Below are positions 9,241 to 18,179 of a stretch of 64,000 nucleotides of DNA, piece after piece. This DNA is from an uncultured virus (IMG/VR IMGVR_UViG_3300006737_000001) (lineage: Duplodnaviria; Heunggongvirae; Uroviricota; Caudoviricetes): positions 1-64,000 of IMG/VR virus record IMGVR_UViG_3300006737_000001. One strand, given 5' to 3'. Position numbers and translations under genes: made by a program. Each line of letters begins with the position of its first letter. Position 1 is the first letter of the stretch. The notes under the pieces are model-generated. The model was given only the letters and a program-made list of their open reading frames with translations. It searched no databases and was not told the origin of the DNA.

Positions 9241-10188
9241 TCATTCTTCCTCCAATATTATTTCTTCTATGAAAAAATAAGTTACATAATCATATGTACC
9301 ATTCCTATTCCAATCTGCATATAAATTAACATATACCATATACCAACCAGTATAAGGTTCAGTAAACCACTGTGGTCCAGAACTCATTGTGTATTCGTCA
9401 GCTTCCCATCCTGTAACATTTAAGAAGTAATCATTCCACATATATCCGTTCCACACTGTCTCATTATCTACTACTTTTATATGGCCTACATCAAACCCTA
9501 ACTTTACGGGTAATGCTTCTTGGTCACAGTCAGTGTCAATATCTACTGTTATATTTAAAGAGTTGTTTTCTCTAGAATAGTTTCCATATTGTAAACCATT
9601 ATAAAAATATGTTGCATTGGGTGTACAGTTATATTCTTCATACTCACAGCTACCATCATCTTCTTCTGCACGGTCATTATAATTTAAAGCATCTATATCC
9701 ATACAACCATATACTGTTTCGTTAGTCTGTGTCTGGTTGCCTGTTTCATTATTTACTGGTCCGCCAAGGAACTGACACCTACCATTATCATGAGTAGCTT
9801 GTGGGTTATAATTATCTGCATCGGGGTTAGTACATCCATACACAACAGGAGGAGGGAATACACAACTACCATTGTCAAAAGTTGCATCTTTTTTATAATT
9901 GACAGCTGAAACGTCCATACATCCACCCTTTGATATGGGCTCTTCCTCTCCTCCGAAAATGTCTTCAAACGCACTTAAATCTCCTCCGCCTCCAAAAAAG
10001 GCTATAATTAAAACTGTAAGAATTGAACCAAGCTTTTTACCTAGTTGTGTCTCACCTAGTTTATCTCCAGCCTTTCCAATAGTCTCAAAAAGACCTTCAT
10101 CATCATCAGGTTTTCTACCTCCTATCCCTAATGCTTCTCTTTCTTCATCAGAGATTACAGAGATAGCTCCATAATCATCGCGCGCCAT
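9241..10188 (-). CDS. Membrane-anchored surface protein with GCxD..A.NY...A..D(D/N)G.C repeats
   Basis: One TM helix, three Cys-flanked repeats, NxT sequons; own promoter CAATCTTTAAATAC near 10210-10223. Confidence 0.75.
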   Translation of the reverse strand: MARDDYGAISVISDEEREALGIGGRKPDDDEGLFETIGKAGDKLGETQLGKKLGSILTVLIIAFFGGGGDLSAFEDIFGGEEEPISKGGCMDVSAVNYKKDATFDNGSCVFPPPVVYGCTNPDADNYNPQATHDNGRCQFLGGPVNNETGNQTQTNETVYGCMDIDALNYNDRAEEDDGSCEYEEYNCTPNATYFYNGLQYGNYSRENNSLNITVDIDTDCDQEALPVKLGFDVGHIKVVDNETVWNGYMWNDYFLNVTGWEADEYTMSSGPQWFTEPYTGWYMVYVNLYADWNRNGTYDYVTYFFIEEIILEEE

Positions 10189-10226
10189 GTATTTATTTAC
10201 ATGACGCTGGTATTTAAAGATTGCCC

Positions 10227-11201
10227 TTAATCGAAGTCAGGAAACTGTGATTGTGATTCTACATCTAACTCTTTCTTCAAAGATGTATCTATGTCTGAAT
10301 AACTTTCTTTTTTACGTTTCTTAAACTTAGGTTCCCACTTAGGTACTTCAGCGTCACAAGGCCCACCGTTACTTTTATGAAAAGAACACCACTTACATAG
10401 ATTCTGAGGCTTTTGCTCATATCTATCTTCGTACTCTTCGCGTTCCTTTATACAGTCATGTACCATCTTAATTAAGTCTTTAGCTTCATCAAGCACTTCT
10501 TGATTAACCTTAACGAAAAAGGTATCATCAAAGCGGAGGTAATTAACGCCTACGAATGTCGGCATCTCGCCCATCTCTAATGTGTATAAGAAAGCATAGA
10601 TAATCAACTGGCGATAATATTCCTCTGGTAAGTATGCTCCGTAGCGCTTACTCGTTTTATAATCGAGCAATGTAGTACCACCATCAAAGTCACTACATAC
10701 AACATCAATGACTCCTACTATTGCATACTCTTTTGACTTAACCCATTTCTCAGCATACTTAGGTGCTACTGCGTTCCATGCTTGTTGTTTATTCTTATAT
10801 ATCTTCCACGAAACCATCTCAGTTAGTTTCTTGTCGACGGAGTCGACGAAGTTCTGTAGTAGAGCTTCAGTTTCTTTGTACATCGCATCCATCTCTTCGT
10901 TAGTGTGTACTTCCCATAACCATTTATGTTTAGCTATCTTTTCTTCCCATCCATCTTCAAACTGTCTTTGTACCCAAAGTTTAGGGACTCCTTTCTCCCA
11001 CTGAGGTAATGTCTTGAATTGTTTCTTAAACAAGTCTTCTAATACTTGGTGGACTAGTGTACCTCTAAATAAATGTATAGTTTTCTTTTGAGGTAACTTA
11101 GCTATATAATTATAATAGAACTCTCTAGGACATTTAAGGTATGTATTAATCTTAGAGGGACTTAACCTCATGTGACTGGCAGTCCATTTAGTGCTCGACA
11201 T
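10227..11201 (-). CDS. Cas4/RecB-like PD-(D/E)XK exonuclease
   Basis: LSPS..YLKCP, GTLVH, GVID...DYKT, QLIIY, C-terminal CKWC...C. Confidence 0.88.
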   Translation of the reverse strand: MSSTKWTASHMRLSPSKINTYLKCPREFYYNYIAKLPQKKTIHLFRGTLVHQVLEDLFKKQFKTLPQWEKGVPKLWVQRQFEDGWEEKIAKHKWLWEVHTNEEMDAMYKETEALLQNFVDSVDKKLTEMVSWKIYKNKQQAWNAVAPKYAEKWVKSKEYAIVGVIDVVCSDFDGGTTLLDYKTSKRYGAYLPEEYYRQLIIYAFLYTLEMGEMPTFVGVNYLRFDDTFFVKVNQEVLDEAKDLIKMVHDCIKEREEYEDRYEQKPQNLCKWCSFHKSNGGPCDAEVPKWEPKFKKRKKESYSDIDTSLKKELDVESQSQFPDFD

Positions 11202-11934
11202 TGTCTTCCTCCCTTTCTAGGTTAAAGAAAAATAATTGAAATAGTCTACTATTATGAATATTATCTCCAAAGTAAGCAGATGCTGAGTGTACTTTTCTAG
11301 CATCCCAGATTACTAACCTATTGTATATGTTTGCTACTTCATCTGTTTTTTCCCACTCAGTACCATCTAAGAAGTTTGCTTCATTATCTTCGTATTTACC
11401 AAACATTAAATTATGTACTTCTTGCCAAGACCGTCCCATGTATTTTTGACACTCTTCATCTGTTTGTGGCATCCAGTCTAAACCTGTAGTTTTGTGTCTC
11501 CAAAAGCTAGTTCCTCCTTCTCTAGGTGCATCTGGAGTTAAAAATATAGCACCTGCATATTGTTGGCTATCTGCATGATATACAATAGGAGTCCCAGCTG
11601 GGCACCATTGGAAACAACCATTAGTACTGTAGTCCCAACCACCGTGTTGAGAACCAGAAACTATTTTACCATTCATAATCTTTTCTATACATTCTTTTGT
11701 GTTGTCGAATATTTTTCTTCCTTCTTCGCTCCTGTAACCCACAGCTCCGTGGTCTTCAGGATTTTTAAATTTACATTCCCCAATAGCCCAGTTTCTTACC
11801 TCGTCTGGGTCGTTAAAGAAATGGTCTACTACTACAATAGAGGGTGTTCTAACTGTAGCTGCTCTAATTTGTCCGGTATGTAATTTTTCCATACCATCTT
11901 CTGTGTATACTTTTTCATAGAATTCGTCTTTCAT
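11188..11934 (-). CDS. 2OG-Fe(II) oxygenase (DUF6445-like)
   Basis: Likely start MKDEFY (11934); VVVDHFF.DPD.VR, HAD, GGTSF, YNRLVIWD..HS, RLFQLFF. Confidence 0.75.
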   Translation of the reverse strand: MKDEFYEKVYTEDGMEKLHTGQIRAATVRTPSIVVVDHFFNDPDEVRNWAIGECKFKNPEDHGAVGYRSEEGRKIFDNTKECIEKIMNGKIVSGSQHGGWDYSTNGCFQWCPAGTPIVYHADSQQYAGAIFLTPDAPREGGTSFWRHKTTGLDWMPQTDEECQKYMGRSWQEVHNLMFGKYEDNEANFLDGTEWEKTDEVANIYNRLVIWDARKVHSASAYFGDNIHNSRLFQLFFFNLEREEDNVEH

Positions 11935-12581
11935 TGTTTCTCCTTGTGTGCTATATACATTTCTAATGAAGATGCACTGGATATAGTATATCCCATATCT
12001 TTTAAAAATGCCCATAGTCTTTCTTTTAGTTCTGGAATGTCCCAACACTCAAATATAATAGGTGGGTATTCGTTTTGTATTATAGTTCTTTTTGCTCCTT
12101 GTAGTACTTCGTACTCGTGTCCTTCGACATCTATTTTAATTAAACCTATATTTTCTATTACGTAACTATCAAGAGTTTGAGTTTCTAATTTATAAGAATC
12201 ATAACTCTCTGTTAAGTAGGGTGTGTTCAATCCGTTTGTACCACCATCGTCAGCTCTTTCATGAAATGAAACTTCTTTAGATTGATAAGATAAAGGAACA
12301 TTATAAGTAGTTACTTTATGTGATAGCTTTGATAATGCAATGTTACCACAGAGTATATTATAAATATGTTTAGTCGGTTCGAACGCAATTACTTCTTTAC
12401 AATAAGGGGCAACTGACCATGTGTATGTACCAACATGAGCACCTATGTCTATAAAACATTTTGAACTATCTATATTATTTTTACACCATTCTATAACAGT
12501 ACTTTCTGGAAGCTCATTGTTAGCTCCTAGGTATTGTTCCATATTGTCTGGTATATAAAATTTATTATCTATAAGTTTCAT
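11931..12581 (-). CDS. FkbM family SAM methyltransferase
   Basis: IDIGAHVG, AFEP, IKIDVEGHE..VLQGA. Confidence 0.9.
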   Translation of the reverse strand: MKLIDNKFYIPDNMEQYLGANNELPESTVIEWCKNNIDSSKCFIDIGAHVGTYTWSVAPYCKEVIAFEPTKHIYNILCGNIALSKLSHKVTTYNVPLSYQSKEVSFHERADDGGTNGLNTPYLTESYDSYKLETQTLDSYVIENIGLIKIDVEGHEYEVLQGAKRTIIQNEYPPIIFECWDIPELKERLWAFLKDMGYTISSASSLEMYIAHKEKQ

Positions 12582-13261
12582 CTACCCATGTTCCTCCCTT
12601 TATTCTTTATAAGATTAGATAGATTATTTTCAATCAACTTTTGTATACTTTTAGGATAATCGTTTCTCTTTAATATTTCCTCAAATAACTCACGAGATTC
12701 ATCACATCTACCAACCCACCATAATGTTACTGCTTGTTGAAACAAAAAGAAATGAGAACCATAGTAATCTATATCACTCTGGAGTGGTTGGTGTTTATTG
12801 TCTGCGACAGATTCCCCTATGCATGCATAAGTGTAGGAATCCCACCATCTCTGATTATCTTCACTGTGAGCTATTCTTTCATAAACTAATGATAAAAGAA
12901 AATAAGCTTCTGGTCTATCTGGTATCAAAGCAATAGCCATTAGTAAAGAATTCTTTTCGTGTGCTTTCCTATCTCCTTGCTCTCTATAACAAATAGACAT
13001 TCTTAGTAAACACTCATAACTTAAATTGTCATTACTAGTTCTTTCAGCACATTGGTGATAGAAACCTATAGCTGAGGCTGTCTGACCAAAAGCTTCGTAC
13101 TCTTGGGCCACATAAAACATATTCTCTGGTGTTGGGTCGTCTATATAGTTTCTTAGATTTCTTATGTGTGGTGTAGGGTGAAATTGTAGTTCAGGTCTAC
13201 TATTTAACTCTTTTTGGAGTTCTATCACTTGTTGTTTTAATTCGTCGTAAGTAGGTTTCAT
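12578..13261 (-). CDS. TPR-repeat protein
   Basis: Helical repeats, AIALIPDRPEAYFLLS. Confidence 0.65.
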   Translation of the reverse strand: MKPTYDELKQQVIELQKELNSRPELQFHPTPHIRNLRNYIDDPTPENMFYVAQEYEAFGQTASAIGFYHQCAERTSNDNLSYECLLRMSICYREQGDRKAHEKNSLLMAIALIPDRPEAYFLLSLVYERIAHSEDNQRWWDSYTYACIGESVADNKHQPLQSDIDYYGSHFFLFQQAVTLWWVGRCDESRELFEEILKRNDYPKSIQKLIENNLSNLIKNKGRNMGR

Positions 13262-14289
13262 AATTTCTCCTTAGGTAAGCTATCCATAAATTTGAATGGT
13301 ACTCTAAATAAATACGCTGAATTATCTTGGTAACCAAACGTTATATACATTATATCATCCTCTATGACTAACCCACATACAAATTCTATTTTACCATGCA
13401 TAAATTTCCACGGTTGTGTTATACTAACTAAATTCCAATCTTTATCCCATACTATCATTCTATGGTTGTAGTGACCATCTCTATCTCCTTTTTCACTTTG
13501 CCATGGGTCTACACTGTGTGTGATAGCTACTCTGTAGTCTCCATGTGTTACTACTTGAGAACCTCCTCTAGGGTCAATAGTTTTAAATGGTAATTCTTTA
13601 CCTAGGTGAACTTGTTCTGCTTTATCATTAACAAGGTCTACTTTAACTATTTCTAAAGGGTTCATCCACTTTACAAAGTGAAATGGCATATCTAGAATAG
13701 GCATCCAGTTCTTTTCACAGTATGAAGATTTATCGGGTACCTCAATTATATGCCTCTCTTGTTCTGTAACTGCATTATTTGTGAGTTGTAACCTAGACAT
13801 TTGCATTCTACCTTTACCGTCTGGTGCATGTCTTCTAACACCAGCAAACCACAATTGGTCATCCCATTTCATAAGTCTACCATCCTCATGCCCTATAAAT
13901 TCCCAATCAGGCATTTTAGGAAACTTATCAGTATTAATCTTATGATATCTTTCTATACCCCATCCAAGATTTAAATAACCTATATAGTTATCTGTTCTAA
14001 GGTATGGGTCGTTGTCAGGTCTCACATAGTTCAAAGGTCCCCATGGTGTTTGGAATTTACCATCTTGATTATCTCCTTCTATGTATTCAGGGTCACAATG
14101 ATGTAAAGTATAGGAAACATTACGAACATTGACAATCCAATCGTCGCCATCTTTTAAGATAGAAGGATTCATTAATCCTAACCCGCCCGTCAGGGCGGCG
14201 TCTATTATCAAAGGCGTCACAACACCTTCTTCACCAGCATCTCTAATCACTGAAGTCGTACATAATTTCTCAAACATATTAAGCTCCAC
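13258..14289 (-). CDS. Beta-propeller glycosidase/glycosylase-like protein (GH130-like)
   Basis: NPSI, GHEDGRL, CEKNWMP, RGGSQ, IEFVCGL...FGYQD motifs. Confidence 0.65.
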   Translation of the reverse strand: MELNMFEKLCTTSVIRDAGEEGVVTPLIIDAALTGGLGLMNPSILKDGDDWIVNVRNVSYTLHHCDPEYIEGDNQDGKFQTPWGPLNYVRPDNDPYLRTDNYIGYLNLGWGIERYHKINTDKFPKMPDWEFIGHEDGRLMKWDDQLWFAGVRRHAPDGKGRMQMSRLQLTNNAVTEQERHIIEVPDKSSYCEKNWMPILDMPFHFVKWMNPLEIVKVDLVNDKAEQVHLGKELPFKTIDPRGGSQVVTHGDYRVAITHSVDPWQSEKGDRDGHYNHRMIVWDKDWNLVSITQPWKFMHGKIEFVCGLVIEDDIMYITFGYQDNSAYLFRVPFKFMDSLPKEKL

Positions 14290-14696
14290 TAATCACTGCT
14301 TTTTTCGAACACCGTAACCTTTGCATCCTTTGGTAGCTCTAAGCTCCATGGAGGTACGTACCCTGTATCGCATTCACAATTATGCCACCCATGTGCACAA
14401 GTACAGCTAGTCCATATAGTGGTCTTGCTGCCGTCTTGCTCCCGCGCAATTTTGAGTAGAATTAAATATCCTATGAGGTCATCAAGTGTGTCCTCTGTTT
14501 TGTCGTCAAGCCCTACATTCTTTATCCTGCTGAGCTTGTCATCGATTCGTGCACAGATAGCCTGTGCATTGTCGAGCTTACTAAAAATATTGTCAGGTTC
14601 TAAAGCACTATCACCGTAGGCTTTGTTCTTGCGTATTAGCAAATCCCTGATTTCATTACATGTCCATTTGATGGAGTTTTGCGTTTTAGTTGTCAT
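14289..14696 (-). CDS. DUF1599/nucleotide-modification-associated domain protein
   Basis: KNKAYGDS...RIDDKLSRI...DTLDDLIGYLIL; ATG 14696 lies about 32 nt from TATA AAAGCCTTATATAG. Confidence 0.7.
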   Translation of the reverse strand: MTTKTQNSIKWTCNEIRDLLIRKNKAYGDSALEPDNIFSKLDNAQAICARIDDKLSRIKNVGLDDKTEDTLDDLIGYLILLKIAREQDGSKTTIWTSCTCAHGWHNCECDTGYVPPWSLELPKDAKVTVFEKSSD

Positions 14697-15000
14697 ACGT
14701 ATAATTTTAACCTTTGACACTATATAAGGCTTTCTGTCTCCAAACTGAGGAGTGCTATATAGAGCTTAGTATTGTTATTAATAGTAGCTTACCTATTATA
14801 TCTATATATAGCTATATAATGACTTTCAAAATTTCACTCGATTTGTTTAAAGGGGTAGTCAAAGAAAATAGACGATGTGCCTTATAATTTTAGACGGGGG
14901 GCTGAGATACTGAGAGACTACGCGAGAAGCTGAGAATATGAGCCTTAACCGGTGTTCTTTTTGGAGCTATAGAATAAAGAGCTAAGCACGGATTGACCTA

Positions 15001-15014
15001 AAATCTTTATAAGT
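15001..15014 (+). promoter_or_regulatory. First rightward BRE/TATA promoter
   Basis: AAATCTTTATAAG, 28 nt before leaderless ATG 15034. Confidence 0.65.
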
Positions 15015-15033
15015 AGGTTGCTATTCTCACATT

Positions 15034-15219
15034 ATGGTAAAAAACCATTTGTCCGATAGCGAGTTAATCCAAATAGGATTTGAGGAATCACTGCCTAATA
15101 GTGAAATAGAGATATTTTGTGAGCCATGTTTTGAGACTTTTCAAGAAAAAGTTGAAGCATCACATGAGAGCCATAACGTTGAAATGTGTTATGATTGTTG
15201 GAGTGAGTTTAATGAATAA
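15034..15219 (+). CDS. Acidic CxxC..CxxC microprotein
   Basis: CEPC and CYDC; leaderless. Confidence 0.65.
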   Translation: MVKNHLSDSELIQIGFEESLPNSEIEIFCEPCFETFQEKVEASHESHNVEMCYDCWSEFNE

Positions 15220-15547
15220 TCAAAAGTATTTTGTGTATCGATTAGCCCAACAGCAAGAAAAGACATCGTATCATTTCTTAGATGCTGATTTCGGTAGCGA
15301 GGCCACTAAGGAAGCCGTGTATTACGGTATCACCTCAGACCCTCAAAGCCGTCTATCTAAGCACCGACCTAAAAAGGGTCAAGATATCAGCCTAATTGTT
15401 ATGGCTGAGTTTGATAACGTATTCGAGGGTTTAGCTCATGAAGCTAACTTAGTTTGGGACCATGTCAAGAAATACGGTAAAGAACCAAAATTTCAAGGTA
15501 TGGCCGGTATAGGAAACAAAGGTTATACTTACGGGGGGAATAAGTAA
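15212..15547 (+). CDS. GIY-YIG nuclease-like protein
   Basis: YFVYRL...VYYGITSDPQSRLSKH...E; ATG 15212 preferred. Confidence 0.7.
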   Translation: MNNQKYFVYRLAQQQEKTSYHFLDADFGSEATKEAVYYGITSDPQSRLSKHRPKKGQDISLIVMAEFDNVFEGLAHEANLVWDHVKKYGKEPKFQGMAGIGNKGYTYGGNK

Positions 15548-15615
15548 AACGATAGGTGACTCTAAGACTCCGGTCTTAGGGCACTAAATATCAAATACTG
15601 ATATAGGAAAAAAAC

Positions 15616-15873
15616 ATGGACATAAAAACATACATGAAAAGAGCTTACGCAACAAAGGACATGAATAGGTCAAACTATCATGAATCTAACGCATTACATC
15701 ATTTAGTAGGTCAATTAACTTATTTGGCCGATACTACCACATTATCCGGTAGAGAGCTAAACGGTAATGAATTAAGGACATATGGAGTTCACGTAATCAA
15801 AAGAATTAAAGAAATAGTAAAAGATTATGAAACAGGCAAAAACGAAGGAATCAATACAAAGGGAGGTGAATAA
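15616..15873 (+). CDS. Hypothetical protein
   Basis: 85 aa ORF with AGGA SD. Confidence 0.65.
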   Translation: MDIKTYMKRAYATKDMNRSNYHESNALHHLVGQLTYLADTTTLSGRELNGNELRTYGVHVIKRIKEIVKDYETGKNEGINTKGGE

Positions 15874-16014
15874 GTGAAATTCGAAATAGAATTAAATAAG
15901 TATGATATCGACCAAATGAATAAAAATCGATATGGACATGATGATGTGATAACTTATGGCTATATGTTAGACATACTACATAACATCGTCGACCAAATAC
16001 ACGACCAACAATAA
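15874..16014 (+). CDS. 46-aa hypothetical protein
   Basis: GGAGGTGA SD then GTG MKFEIELNKYDIDQ... Confidence 0.55.
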   Translation: MKFEIELNKYDIDQMNKNRYGHDDVITYGYMLDILHNIVDQIHDQQ

Positions 16015-16083
16015 AGGCCGTGTGGGGGGTATGGGAGGGCTCCGGCCCTCTCAACCTATACCCAATACATGGAGGTAACTAAA

Positions 16084-16215
16084 ATGGATAACAAAACATC
16101 AATAGCTGTAATTAGTGCATTGAAATATAAACTTCAAAACGAAGATTGTAAAATCAATTTACCAAAAGCAACTTATGCAAAAGCATTAAGAAATAGTCTT
16201 ATCAGACTAAGATAA
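16084..16215 (+). CDS. 43-aa basic protein
   Basis: GGAGGT SD; MDNKTSIAVISALKYKL... Confidence 0.55.
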   Translation: MDNKTSIAVISALKYKLQNEDCKINLPKATYAKALRNSLIRLR

Positions 16216-16302
16216 ATATATAAGGCCCTTGAATACGAGGGATTTTACCTGCGTGGGTGAGAACCTGCGCGGGTGAGAAACAGCCCAGATGAGAAAGTGA
16301 GA

Positions 16303-16354
16303 TTTTCCACTCGTGTGAAAAAACCTTTATATAGGGTAGTGTTCTTGGTATATT
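16303..16354 (+). promoter_or_regulatory. Palindromic box + BRE/TATA cassette promoter 1
   Basis: TTTTCCACTCGTGTGAAAAAACCTTTATATAG...TTGGTA, then ATG. Confidence 0.8.
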
Positions 16355-16477
16355 ATGAGCAGAGGAGAACCATTTGGCAGTTGCGAGGACTGCGGGCTTG
16401 ATGAGGTCGAACTATTCGGCGGACTGTGTGAAGATTGTGAAACAGAAATGTTTGCGACTTTCTGGACAGGAGACTGA
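16355..16477 (+). CDS. 40-aa zinc-finger microprotein
   Basis: MSRGEPFGSCEDCGLDEVELFGGLCEDCETEMFATFWTGD; leaderless. Confidence 0.7.
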   Translation: MSRGEPFGSCEDCGLDEVELFGGLCEDCETEMFATFWTGD

Positions 16478-16513
16478 GAGAAACCTTTATATAGGGTGAC
16501 TCAATGGGATACT

Positions 16514-16597
16514 ATGAGAAAATTAAGCATACGAGAAATTAAACTTCAAACAATCGCATTAAGAAGAATACGCAAAGAAATGGAAAAGAATCTTTAG
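16514..16597 (+). CDS. 27-aa basic microprotein
   Basis: MRKLSIREIKLQTIALRRIRKEMEKNL, 28 nt after its own AAACCTTTATATAG. Confidence 0.6.
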   Translation: MRKLSIREIKLQTIALRRIRKEMEKNL

Positions 16598-16599
16598 AT

Positions 16600-16825
16600 T
16601 CCATGAGTCCCCAACACTGTAAGATGTGGCCGTAGGAGTAGGTGCACCTTTTGGAAGAGGCAAGTGTATGAGTAAGTTTAATAAACTTTCCAGCATGGGG
16701 ACAAGAGGAGACGCCTGACAAGTGATGGCGAAGGGCCAGTGGCATAAGTCCGCCCGAGCGTTAAACGTAGCGACGCATCTCCAGCCCAGTGAGCCGGCCT
16801 ACTACGGTGGGACAGCTGGGCGCCC
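16600..16825 (+). ncRNA. Candidate structured RNA with K-loop and pseudoknot
   Basis: GC-rich, no plausible sense ORF; GTCCCCA/TGGGGAC, GCCCAG/CTGGGC, cgc-CTGA-caa-GTGATG-gcg. Confidence 0.55.
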
Positions 16826-16876
16826 TTTTCCACTCATGTGAAAAAACCTTTATATAGACACACCCGTTGGTAATAT
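16826..16876 (+). promoter_or_regulatory. Palindromic box + BRE/TATA cassette promoter 2
   Basis: TTTTCCACTCATGTGAAAAAACCTTTATATAG...TTGGTA, then ATG. Confidence 0.8.
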
Positions 16877-17026
16877 ATGACTAGAAAACATTTTGTAGCA
16901 ATAGCTCAGTTATTAGCCAAGCATGACGCAGACCTTAATATGGTCCGAGACTTTGCCGGTATGTGTGCCGAACACAACCCACGCTTCGACAGAGAAACCT
17001 TTATAAAGGCCTGCTCAATGGAGTAA
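16877..17026 (+). CDS. 49-aa helical viral protein
   Basis: MTRKHFVAIAQLL...NPRFDRETFIKAC; leaderless. Confidence 0.7.
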   Translation: MTRKHFVAIAQLLAKHDADLNMVRDFAGMCAEHNPRFDRETFIKACSME

Positions 17027-17027
17027 T

Positions 17028-17171
17028 ATGAGTAAAATACAAGACATGAGAAACGCCCACCGTTTCCGCAGAGTAGCACGCAGAACCATAACCAAAAACA
17101 AGATTGACTTAGGAGTCCATGAGCAACTTATGGCTATCCGTTTGGGTCTTGCTGAGGATGTGAGAAATTGA
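17028..17171 (+). CDS. 47-aa basic protein
   Basis: MSKIQDMRNAHRFRRVARR...; promoter embedded in preceding ORF. Confidence 0.65.
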   Translation: MSKIQDMRNAHRFRRVARRTITKNKIDLGVHEQLMAIRLGLAEDVRN

Positions 17172-17284
17172 AAAGCATCTTAGATATTTTAGATGACATG
17201 GTCATCTCTGGCATAGATGAGGCAGGGGACTATATTGTCCTCTGCGGGTGTGAAGATGCACCTTGCTGTGGGTGCAACCTGTGA
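17168..17284 (+). CDS. 38-aa Cys-rich microprotein
   Basis: TTG start overlapping TGA; ends CGCEDAPCCGCNL. Confidence 0.55.
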   Translation: MKSILDILDDMVISGIDEAGDYIVLCGCEDAPCCGCNL

Positions 17285-17402
17285 GCTACGACAAACCACT
17301 CAAACGCAGTTGGAAGAAAGAAACAAATAAGATTATCAAAAAGGCCAGCCAATAGCTCGTTTGTTTTTCGGACACCTCCGGGGGGTAGGGCCTCCCCCCA
17401 CC

Positions 17403-17453
17403 TTTTCCACTTGCGTGAAAAAACCTTTATATAGACATACTCATTAGTATATT
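17403..17453 (+). promoter_or_regulatory. Palindromic box + BRE/TATA cassette promoter 3
   Basis: TTTTCCACTTGCGTGAAAAAACCTTTATATAG; preceded by G-run/C-run hairpin 17379-17399. Confidence 0.8.
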
Positions 17454-17690
17454 ATGAGCAAAAACTTATGTGGTAAGACACGCAAGACTGATGACCCTTA
17501 TGAGGTCTGGACTGGCCCACGTGGCTTTGAATGGAGAGTATTAAAAAAATACCAGAACGCTGAGAACGAAGCAAAGAATCCTCACGCCCGATGGTTCTGT
17601 GCTGTTAAGTCAGACTTTACCTATGGTTCTTTTGAACTTGGTGATGTGTATGTCAGTGAGATTAAGAGCATGGGGGAAAAGCTTATATAG
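17454..17690 (+). CDS. Hypothetical viral protein
   Basis: 78 aa, WRVLKKYQ...RWFCAVKS...ELGDVYVSEI; leaderless. Confidence 0.75.
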   Translation: MSKNLCGKTRKTDDPYEVWTGPRGFEWRVLKKYQNAENEAKNPHARWFCAVKSDFTYGSFELGDVYVSEIKSMGEKLI

Positions 17691-17709
17691 GGACACCCTA
17701 TTGGTTATT

Positions 17710-18125
17710 ATCGAGTGGGGAGCCCAAATTACCCCCACTCCTTACAGTTATCAGCTGTAACACCGTGACCTGAGAACTGAGACCAGAATAGACCATACGC
17801 AACAACGAGACACTAACATAACAAATACTAGCTGACAGTGCTGACCAATCCCTTTCCGGTCGATGCGCATCTAAGTTTTAGAACGACGTGTAGCTAACAT
17901 TTTGTATCACCTTTGAATCACTTTATCCCTGTTATAGAGTCAATCCGTTAAGCTATGATGTAATTCTCTGCATCTCTTTTCATCCATCTTTCGTGAAGGA
18001 TATCCTTTTGACTGATGGCAGGTCACACCTTGTGTGGCGCTACCTATGAAGATTGTCGCGCCCTCGGCAACCGCTCCCTAAGGTGTTTCTTAAATCAGGC
18101 CGAGCCTTAGGTGAAGTTGCATTTT
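17710..18125 (+). ncRNA. Candidate ~415-nt promoter-driven structured RNA
   Basis: Promoter AAAAGCTTATATAG...TTGGT with ATC (not ATG) at the start position; nested helices; ends in hairpin plus T-run. Confidence 0.65.
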
Positions 18126-18127
18126 AT

Positions 18128-18179
18128 TTTTCCACTTGTGTGAAAAAAGCTTTATATAGGGGTTCCCCCTTGGTAATAC
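18128..18179 (+). promoter_or_regulatory. Palindromic box + BRE/TATA cassette promoter 4
   Basis: TTTTCCACTTGTGTGAAAAAAGCTTTATATAG...TTGGTA, then ATG. Confidence 0.8.

Noticed and set aside
10227..11201. Cas4-like gene as part of a CRISPR-Cas locus
   Set aside because: No other cas genes or array; solo Cas4-like nucleases are common in archaeal viruses
16539..16745. Minus-strand ORFs in the early island (also 15851-16054, 18624-18875)
   Set aside because: Opposite to all local promoters, atypical composition
16600..16825. RNase P RNA or cobalamin riboswitch identity
   Set aside because: GAGGAGACGCC, GCCGGCCTA and CCCCAACACTGTAA only loosely resemble consensus; P4 and the other B12 elements cannot be built
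17955..18015. Box C/D guide RNA
   Set aside because: ATGATGT and CTGA present, but C box imperfect and D'/C' spacing unconvincing
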